This document shows, one piece after another, positions 37,101-46,136 of a DNA stretch of 64,000 nucleotides. How positions within the stretch are numbered: the first letter of the stretch is position 1; each line of letters begins with the position of its first letter. Below the pieces are notes generated by a model that did no database searches, was not told where the DNA came from, and saw only the letters and a list, made by a program, of their open reading frames with translations. A program made the position numbers and the translations under genes. Origin of the DNA: Flectonema sp. DT1601 (lineage: Eukaryota); contig OZ025799.1 in NCBI GenBank assembly GCA_964019425.1, positions 620,001-684,000 on the forward strand. Reading direction: 5' to 3'.

Positions 37101-37702
37101 CAAAACCACCTGAACAACAAGTTCAAATAAACAGATCAGTGAAATGGATTCCAATGATGTTTGATATCAGTTCTGAAGTGTTTGAAAGACTTGATATTAA
37201 GTACCGTCACGGAGACAGAATTGTATTCCCAACTCAACAAGTTTGTGATCACCGAGCAGGAACAGTAATTGGAATTGCAAGACTTCAACTTTGGGTACAT
37301 ATTGATGGTGATGGTGGTGCTACTCCTTGGTCAGTACCAGATCTAAATGTTTGTTCGATTGTTGATAAGGCAACTGTCTTAGTGATGGTGAAAGAACGGT
37401 CTTCTCTCAAACAAAATCTACTCCGATATCCAACAACTGCCTGTAACATTGCGCTGTTTGATTCATCTTCCAAAGGGTCTGCGAAGTTCAACTTACTTCC
37501 GAATGACATAATTACATTCCTCTCTGGACAAACTAATCATACTGCAGTAGTAATTGGAGTCAGAAGTGGAATCCTTTGGAGACATGTAAATGGCGAGAAA
37601 GGAGCATCTCCTTTTCTCGGAGTTTCATCAGCAAGTGATTTAGAACAATTTGGTGTTGTTGTTATTGGAAAGAAAACTCATTCTGGAGACGTCTTTTTTT
37701 AA
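31108..37702 (+). CDS. About 2177-aa CLU-domain protein with about 10 copies of a KOW/SH3-like repeat; join(31108..32613,32675..37702)
   Basis: Two overlapping ORFs are joined in frame by a 61-nt GT-AG intron. CLU-central-like motifs FHSRGVNMRFLGLV and EMVSRVLKNII flank the intron. Repeated module FD.S....FG...G..V....G...A.V.GV..G.LW....G..GA.PF. Confidence 0.75.
32614..32674 (+). other. Spliceosomal intron, 61 nt, phase 0
   Basis: GAG|GTATGT donor and CACCACGCAG|GAT acceptor. Joins ORF 31108.. to ORF ..37702 in frame (..IVDE/DKNINV..). Confidence 0.85.
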
Positions 37703-37938
37703 AACATGAATTCTGATTCGATTTTATTCATTACCTTCTATCGTACTATAGTACCCCTCCTTGACAGGAATTACGTTACATATTATAATTCTGTTTTCTG
37801 CAAGTGTATTCTTGTGATTTATTTCGTTCATTCTGACAGTTCTCATAAAATCGATTGACATTGTTTTCGTAGTCCATCCTAGCTAATAATTTAAAACTTT
37901 TTTTTTTCTCAGAATGAGGATTATTTACTTTACACACA

Positions 37939-39765
37939 ATGATACCGATATGCGTTCTTCTAGAAGTCCCTTTATATATTGAAATCAGTATTTCAAACTC
38001 TTTGAATGATTTGAAGCAAATACTTTTTAACGAAGAAGGACTGCGACCAGACAGCTTCGACATCCTATATGAAGGAGAGAAACTATGCGATAATAGAAGT
38101 ATTGCAGAGCAAGGTGTGGCAGCAGAAGCAGAATTGGAGATTAAAACAAAGAGAAAGTGGAGAGCGCAAGCCAGACTGCGATCAGCTGGGATGAGTTTTG
38201 GAGAAGTCGATTTCAGTAATATAATAAAAAGCAGCGATTCTGATGAATTATTAGTACATGATTTTGTTGAAATCTGGTCACGTGAACATGACTTCCATGT
38301 CATCAATAAGATGCTTCTGCTTTCAACAATCAACTCGGACGGTTTAAAATATTTCTTATCTCATAAATCGATTCGTTTATACATTGAAAGGGAAGATAGC
38401 ATAAGGGAAAAGATACTCATCGAAGCAGTGAGACACAATAATCTACAGGCGATTATTTCATTGGTGGAATCGAAAATTATGAAGAGGTCGGATTTCAACG
38501 CAAAGTCAAATGGAATTCCAATCCTCATGCTGACGAGTGTTCCTCAAATCACAAAAATCATATTAGAAAACGGAGCCTCAGTCGACTGCACAGACAGACT
38601 GTCAAGAACACCTTTGATATCATCGTGTAAGAAGGGAGAGTTGGATGTTGTTAAGGAACTGTTGTTTTATAAACCGAACTTATCAATAAAGGATTCAACA
38701 TCAAGAACTGCTGTCATGGAAGCATGTTCCAGCATATCTGACGACAACATAAACATCTTATTGTTATTACTTGAATACCTTCTTCAGACTTCATCTGATT
38801 CAAAACCAGATCCTGCTTATGTTCGATCAATCATTAATACCAAGTCATCTAACGGGACTACTCCCTTAATGGAAGCTTGCAAGAATGAAAGTGGTTGTCA
38901 CATCGATATTGTTAGACTGTTGTTTTGTAGTAACACTTATGTAAGTGAATCTGTTCATAAACACGACAAGTATGGAAGGACTTCATTGATGCATGCTTGT
39001 CGTAATACCAGTGAAGGTTCTTATGGTGTGGTTCAGATTCTACTTGCAAACAACGCATCGCTTTCATTAGATTTTAAGGACATTGATGGAAGGAATTCAC
39101 TTATCCATTGCTGTATTAATATCAATGAAGATAATAGTGGATGTGGTTCTGTGGCTGAGGAAATATTAAAACACACGAGTGATGTCAGTGTCCATGATAA
39201 CTTTCAAAGAACTGCTTTACATTATGCTGTTCGCTCAACGTCATCAGCGGCAGTGGCTCTGACTAAGGAATTAATTTCAAGGTTTAACAACCTGAACAAC
39301 TCCGATAACTTTAGTCGTACTCCTCTATTAGATGCCTGTGATAATCGTGGGCAGTACAGTACTAACCTTATTGAAGTATTGATATCAAAGTGTGTGTCTC
39401 AAGATGTTAATTTTATATCCAACAATGGAAGGAGTCCTTTGATGGAGATTTGTAGGAATCCGGTCTTCCCTCAGAATGTCGATAACTTAAAAATATTACT
39501 TCCTCATGTTCCAAACGTCTCTCTGGTTGATAGTTCTTTTCAAACGGCAATCCAATACGCAGCTGAGAACGTCAGAGACGGCGGTGAGTTACTCGCGCAA
39601 CTGGAACTCGTCTGCCCACAAGAAATAATCAAATCAAAGTTAACAAAGAGTAAAGTTAAAATCCTTCCTATTGAAGATGTCAGAGTTAGGAGTTGGGTTA
39701 GAAAGTCCAGCAAGTGGTGGGCGCGTGCAAAGAAACCCCGAGCACAAGCTACGACAGATTACTGA
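37939..39765 (+). CDS. Ubiquitin-like N-terminal domain plus ankyrin-repeat protein
   Basis: N-terminal UBL pattern (LKQILFNEEGLRPDSFDILYEGEKLCDNRSIAEQGV), then about 10 ankyrin repeats (RTPLISSC, GTTPLMEAC, GRTSLMHAC, RTALHYAV, RTPLLDAC). Confidence 0.85.
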   Translation: MIPICVLLEVPLYIEISISNSLNDLKQILFNEEGLRPDSFDILYEGEKLCDNRSIAEQGVAAEAELEIKTKRKWRAQARLRSAGMSFGEVDFSNIIKSSDSDELLVHDFVEIWSREHDFHVINKMLLLSTINSDGLKYFLSHKSIRLYIEREDSIREKILIEAVRHNNLQAIISLVESKIMKRSDFNAKSNGIPILMLTSVPQITKIILENGASVDCTDRLSRTPLISSCKKGELDVVKELLFYKPNLSIKDSTSRTAVMEACSSISDDNINILLLLLEYLLQTSSDSKPDPAYVRSIINTKSSNGTTPLMEACKNESGCHIDIVRLLFCSNTYVSESVHKHDKYGRTSLMHACRNTSEGSYGVVQILLANNASLSLDFKDIDGRNSLIHCCININEDNSGCGSVAEEILKHTSDVSVHDNFQRTALHYAVRSTSSAAVALTKELISRFNNLNNSDNFSRTPLLDACDNRGQYSTNLIEVLISKCVSQDVNFISNNGRSPLMEICRNPVFPQNVDNLKILLPHVPNVSLVDSSFQTAIQYAAENVRDGGELLAQLELVCPQEIIKSKLTKSKVKILPIEDVRVRSWVRKSSKWWARAKKPRAQATTDY

Positions 39766-41771
39766 CGTCAACTACTCCTTCTGCGTTTTGCCTTTCCTCC
39801 TCTCTTATTGTTTGCCGTTCTTATGTTACGGATTAGCCTTAATTATAGCTGCATATGTCGCAAATTGGCCTTACCTCCGTCAACCAAACCAACAAAAAAA
39901 ATTAGAATAGGGAAAAAAAAGAAAATTTCTTGGAACCCGAATTACACCTTTCTGGAACACGTTGCTTTCTTTCGACGCAAAGGTGGGATCAGTTCTTCTT
40001 ACTTCTTTACAGTTTCGACCTGTGTGCAGTTATAAAAAATAATATTTAATGTTACGCTCTCATAGAGCGTAGGCTGAAATGTTATTTTCTTTTTTGCATT
40101 TAACAAGTATTGTAAGAACGAAAAAGAATGTTGGCAGCACACGTAAACCTCCTTTAGCTTTATCAGTTTAAGTCGGTTCACGGTTTCGTGCACAAACAAA
40201 AAACCACAGTGTTATATCATTATTTTCAGTTAAAGCCAATTCTTTTTTGAATTCCAGTGAACTCCTCATTTTTATGCGAAACAATCATCAGAGTGACGCC
40301 AACTACGTAAGAGAGCGGAATCCATCTGTCAATTGTTTTGTTTTTGTTTCAATTTTTGTAATAAATATGACAACGTTATATATCTCAGACCGAAAATCTG
40401 TTTTTTCGTGATCCTGTTGATTCTTTATTTGGTATTTCTTTTTTCCAAAACGATTCTGTACACTAGTACAGTAATCGTGGTAAGTTTATCACTGCTTGGT
40501 GTTGTTTATTTCGATACTCACATCCTTTGGGACCGCCTATCGCTGATAATCGTCTTTTGGTAATATACCGCAGTGTTAATTCTGGATAGCTTTCCTGAGG
40601 CTCCTTAGAGTTTGGTTTAATCTGTGGTTTTAAAAACCCTTTTACCGAGGTGCTGATAACAGCATGAATTAAGTTGATTTTAGTATTTTTTTTTTTTTTT
40701 TTTGAAATTTTCTTTTTTTGGTTGCCCCATTCCGGAACAGAAAAAGAAAGAAGGGCAACAGAACTCAGGTCATGTTTCGGCGGTAATCTTGTCACATCGA
40801 CGAAGTACATTATACTCGTCAAAAGATAACTATGCCATTGTACTGTTGAACTACCTACCTACCCCTCTCTTATTTGTATCTTCTGAGTTTCCCATTAGTT
40901 ATTTGTCCATCCTCTTTTGCAAAGAGTTTGTTACCACTGGCTTCTTGGTACCAACAGTGGAAAAAAAACAAAAAAAAAAAAACAACGTTTTTTCTGGATT
41001 TTGGAAATTCAGTTTGATTTCTTTCCCCTCGCCGCGCAATCATATTTCTAAACATAATTGGTATATTTGTTTTAATTAGAAAGAAAAAATGTTGAAAATC
41101 GTCAAGTTGGGGAGGAAAAAAAAGATGAACTAGCGAAATCAACGTTCAGTTCTGATTAAATTCCCCCGTATTGAGTCCATCCGTGGTCATTCTATCATTT
41201 TTTTTTAAGTTTCAGCCTTGCAAATGTACTCCCCTGAAACCGTAATCTTTGATTTCTCGTTTCAGGGGTTAGTGCCGTGAGAGCCAAAAGTACAAGGTGG
41301 AGGCTGGAAGTCGATCACTTCCAGCCAATACTATGAAACTACAATCTTCGCGATTGCGTAGTCATCAGTTTGTATTTTGCTAACTAAACTAAACTAAACT
41401 AAACTACATCTCTCGATCCTGAGACGGCATCGTTTACAGTAGTGGACTACGACGGTATCTGATCATCTTCGATCCCCACGTTCGTCAAAATACCAACAAT
41501 ATAAAAAGAACAGGAAAAAAAAAAAAAAAACCGATAACGACAACAATCTTCCTCTGCCATTTCTTTTGGTTCTGCCAGCGTGGTGGGTAATCACCATGTT
41601 AGTATTGCGAACTATTATTATTATTATTATTATTATTGTTGTTTTTTTTTTTTTTTTCCCTTTCCCTTCTCCCTCTCTCTCTCTCTCTCTCTTGCTATTA
41701 CGAATTGCTTTTGCAAGCTCACCGAACTTAACAATTCGTTTTAATCTAATTATCACTTTCTTTTTAATTAA

Positions 41772-43509
41772 CCCATTAAGGACGGGGGGTCCACTACAGT
41801 GGTTATTTTGAAATTTTATTTTCGCTAAGGGGAAAACCCGGCTAACGCTACCCAGGGGGGGTGTAATCGAGGCCGTTTCGCGACGAATCTTGGGTGGGAT
41901 GGCGTGGTTCGCTGTGTTTTCATTCATGAAATTCAAAACTAATAATCGAAATTTTACCACCTAACAAGAAGTTTCGTGTGCCTGTTGAAATTGATACAAG
42001 TTCGGCGTCCTATGAAAGTCTGATGATGATGGATTCTGTATCGGAGTCGTCATCTGACAGCAACACAGCAAAGGTATCAAAGTGGGGGGGCAAAACCAAG
42101 AGAATCTCCAGGGAAAAACGGAAAGGACCTACCCAGAGTGTGAGCGACTTTAATGAAATGAGCGAATTGAAGGCATCCAACTCATTTTCACTGATCATGT
42201 GCTTAAAATGATATTTCGACACACTCTTGCCTACCCGATTGACAAAGAGACGTCCATGAAGTCACTAGAAGTTGGTGAACTGAAATGCTTTCTCCGTAAT
42301 TTCCACACTGCTAACAAACACATTCCTGCTTCTTATGTTCATAGTCTTGTTAAACCCCATAATAATAAAGGGCATTGGGTGACGTTTGACAATTTCAATT
42401 CGTCATACGCATTTCTTGTTTTGATGTTAGCGAAAGGGTTCCACTGTGTTGGAACAGCCTGATGGAACGGAAAGGGAGTTCTGTTGATGTTACAAAACCG
42501 AAGGCTACCCCTGGACCGGGACGACTAAGCAAATCGGAAGTGAAAGAAAGACCGAAGAATCTTTCTGCTTCTTACCTTCAGTCAAGCACGGCATCCACCA
42601 TATAAAGTGGAGAGACTCAAAGGATGTGCATCTTTTCAGTACTCTTCCCTTACGTGAGCACTGTGTCGATGTATATCGCTGGATTAGGAAGAGAAATAAA
42701 AAAGAAAAAGTGCCGATCAAACTACCGTGCAAGTAGACAGGTACACCAAAACGATGGGAGGTGTTAACCTGATGGATAGCGTGAAGGGAAGGGCGAACAG
42801 AAACCTTCAAACTAAACGATGGCATCTAAAGGTTTTCGACTACTTGCTGAAAGTTTCAATGTTCAACACGTTTACCCTTCAAAAGAAATGCGGTAAGGAT
42901 ACTGGTACCTACATACGGTATGTAGAGGAGCTCGCTATGCAACTCGTCAGTGACGGGACGTCGAGAGACAAGACAACCAATACTACATCTACTATTGACT
43001 CGGGTTCGCACTTTTCACACATGTTCAGCACCACTGAGCACTATCCATCAATATTTGGCGCTGCTAAACAATGTAAGTATCACAATACTCGAGTGAGGAC
43101 TACTTATGGATGCCAGGGGTGTAAGGTTTTTATGTGTCCTGCACCCTGTTTTGGCAAATACCACTTAAATCTTACAAAGGGGTGAACATTTGCGTCCCAT
43201 ACCACCACCTCTGTGTCGGGAGGTGCTATCCGGGAAGAATGTACGAAGGGGAAGACCCCTGCACTCACAACAACATCAAAATTGAAGAGGCGCAGGGAGT
43301 CATAAGAACTGAGCTTATTTTTGTCTTTGGTGGTGTTTTCATTTGTTCTGTTCACCCTTTAGGTGGTGAATGTGTGTGTATTTTTAACGGGCAGGCAATG
43401 GCGGTTCACTTTGTCACATCACCTTTCCGAGCCCCCCTACCCCTTTTCCCCGTTAGCTCTTTTTTCAAAAAAAGTCAAAAAACCGGGTTTTACCCCCGTC
43501 CGTAATGGG
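41772..43509 (+). mobile_element. piggyBac DNA transposon, degenerate and internally deleted (1738 bp)
   Basis: TTAA at 41768-41771 and 43510-43513. 17-bp TIRs CCCATTAAGGACGGGGG (41772-41788) and CCCCCGTCCGTAATGGG (43493-43509) differ by one mismatch. Fragmented transposase inside. Confidence 0.92.
41978..43185 (+). pseudogene. piggyBac transposase pseudogene
   Basis: Fragments in several frames: HWVTFDNFNSS..GFHCVGT*, WRDSKDVHLFST, Y..TMGGVNLMD (normally MGGVD..D), KRWHLKVF, and a C-terminal Cys-rich domain CKYH..RTTYGCQGCKVFMCPAPCFGKYH. Confidence 0.88.
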
Positions 43510-43614
43510 TTAACAAATTAGGTGAAACATATTATAAGTTTAGCAAATAGCAGAGTTTCAGTTGTATATTTTTAATAACAATCAATTTCTAAGTGAATAA
43601 AAAAAAGGGAAAAG

Positions 43615-45124
43615 ATGCCGCCAAAAGAAGAAACTGACCTATCAGAGGAAAGCGAGGAGGAAGAATCTGAAGAAGAAGAAGAGGACGAAGAAGAAGAGGA
43701 TGAGGAGGAAGAGGAAGAAGAGGATGAAGAAGATGAAGAGTTGGCTAAGAAAGAAGCAATTGCTAAGCAGCAAGCCATGTTTGAAGCTGAACAAGAGCAG
43801 ATAGCAAAGCAAGAAGCGATGCTGGAACAGGAGGCTAAACGACAGGCTATGGAGATGGAAGAAAAGAAACAACTTGTGAACGACACTCACGACGAAGCAA
43901 TTGAAGTTACTGGAGCTGAAGAGATTGTAACACCTCCTCAAAGTACAAAGAAAGACCATGAGATGGCAAACTTAAAAGACGAAGTTCACGATGCTGCACT
44001 TGTAGTAGACGACAGTCAACATATTATTACTCCGAGAATGAAACCTGTCGGACTCGATGTTGAAGTTCTTAAAGACCAGGCACATGATGAAGAGTTCGGA
44101 ATCTCTCCAAGTGACGCTCGACACATAAAAACACCTCCACTCCAACCTATCGTAGGGAGTAGCAGAGGTCAACAACTTAAAGATGAAGCTCATGATGTCG
44201 CATTTAAAGTCGACGACGCAGCTTCCATCGCCTCAGGTGATCACCAACCTCCCATCGCTGCCCTTAAAAAACCATTATCTGGAAACACTGGTAACATGGA
44301 TGCTGGGGATGTTTGTTATTTCATCTTTTTTTAAAAATTACTTCATCCCCCCTTTTTTTGCACAAAATAAATAAAAAACACAACAGGAATCCTCCTCTTC
44401 TGATGACGATGTTACAGACGCAAATCAAACTCCGAGTAAGGTGGAAGACAAGGGATTATACGATCCTTCAGAATATGATTATTTAAAAGTTTCAAAAGAA
44501 GTACAAGATCTGTTTCAGTTTATTACTGTTTATAAAGCACACGAAGCTGAAGTAGAACCGAAATTGCATCCCTTCATTCCTGAGTACATACCAGCTATAG
44601 GTGATATTGATGGATTTATAAAGGTACCAAGGCCTGATGGAAAACCTGATAATCTGGGCTTACACATACTAGACGAACCTGGTGCAAGTCAAAGCAATGC
44701 ATCGGTAGTAGCCTTGGGTATCCAGTACACAACAAAGAGAAAGGTAGTTGAGCAAAACGTTACCAGAGTTGGACAAGCTAGTACTAGAGGTAAAGTAATT
44801 GATAAATGGGTTACTGATATGAAAGAGTTAAATCAAGCTAAACCCAGACCACAAGTAAGCTACTCTAAAGTGATGCCAGACTTAGAAACTCTCCTTCAGG
44901 TGTGGCCGGCTGATTTTGAGGATTTGCTCTCAAAAGATTTGACTCTTCCTCCGGCTGCTATCGAACTCGATCTCATTCAATATGTCCGCGTTGTGTGTGC
45001 ATTGTTAGATATTCCTTGTTACTCTAATCTTGTAGAATCAGTTCACGTCTTATTATCGTTGTACGCAGAGTTTAAGGCAAATCCTCACTTTCAGGGAGGA
45101 GCGTTTTCGAACCTTCCTCTTTGA
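43615..45124 (+). CDS. IFT46: Intraflagellar transport protein 46; join(43615..44310,44387..45124)
   Basis: IFT46 C-domain: YDPSEYDYLKVSKEVQDLFQFI, LHPFIPEYIPAIGDIDGFIKVPRPDG, LGLHILDEP, MPDLETLLQVWP, LLDIP, ESVHVLLSLY.EFK.NPHF. The acidic N-terminal exon joins in frame across a 76-nt intron. Confidence 0.93.
44311..44386 (+). other. Spliceosomal intron, 76 nt, phase 0
   Basis: GAT|GTTTGT donor and AAAAACACAACAG|GAA acceptor restore a continuous IFT46 frame. Confidence 0.85.
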
Positions 45125-46136
45125 AAAAGTTTCATCTATATATACCAGATGATCTTAATGTATCTTATGTGATTGATTTATTGCTAGACACGTAGCAAAT
45201 CAAGACATTCCCTTACCTTATTAAGAGGATAAGTGGCTTTTCGTTATTCCTCACTGGAGGCGCAGCAGCCGTTGGATCAGCTGCTGCTGTTTGTAAGAAC
45301 AGCAGGTGGCTGGTCTCCCTTTGGATGTGATAGAGATATCACATGTTTGGATTCTTTTTTAGAAAAAAAGAAAAAAAAAAAAAAAAAAAAAAAAAAAATA
45401 GATTTTACAATTTTTCATTTTAAAAAAAACCGATTTGTGAGTTTAGAACAACAAGAACAGAATTTTTTTCATTTTTTTTTTCTTTTCTTTTCTTCTTCTT
45501 CTTTTTTTTAAACAGTTCTTTAACACAAAAATAAATGAACGTGCAAACGTTCGCTTTGCCTTTACAGACCGCTGCGGTATATATTTTTCACCCACCTCTT
45601 TCTTTCATCCTTTTATGTTATTGTGAGGTAGACTAAATGTTAACGACGTACAGCTCTCTGGTCAGACTGTATTAAGACTTTTGCTGATCTTCTTTCTGCA
45701 ATTTTTTGAGATTGGCTAGAGGTTTTCTTTTTATTCTCTGAGATTGAGAACAAAAAAAAAAAAAAAAAATTAAAAAAAAAAAAATAGACTTTTTATTTGG
45801 CTCTTTCGAGTGTTCAAAAAATCGTTGGGGGGTGAAAAGCTGCTGCCTTTTCACACAAGCGGGTCTGTTGCAAAATGGCTCTTGAAGGAGTTCTTTCTTT
45901 TTTTCCGTTAGCGTTACCATTTTCTTTTCCTTTCTCTGATTCCAATTTCCTACTAAGTACTCTCAGTTATGTTGAATCTGTAATGTTGCCTATCTTATTA
46001 GATGTCCCTCCCACAAAACAGATACGACAAACAAATCGAGGGACGGTCTTTACAGTAAAGTTTAAGTGAGTAATCTTATTCTGTTCGAATTATTTATTAT
46101 ATTACTTCAAGTCAGCCGGCACATCAGCCGTACAAA

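Noticed and set aside
43572..43959. Poly-Ser and Phe/Leu-rich minus-strand ORFs
   Set aside because: Antisense of the Glu-rich IFT46 first exon.
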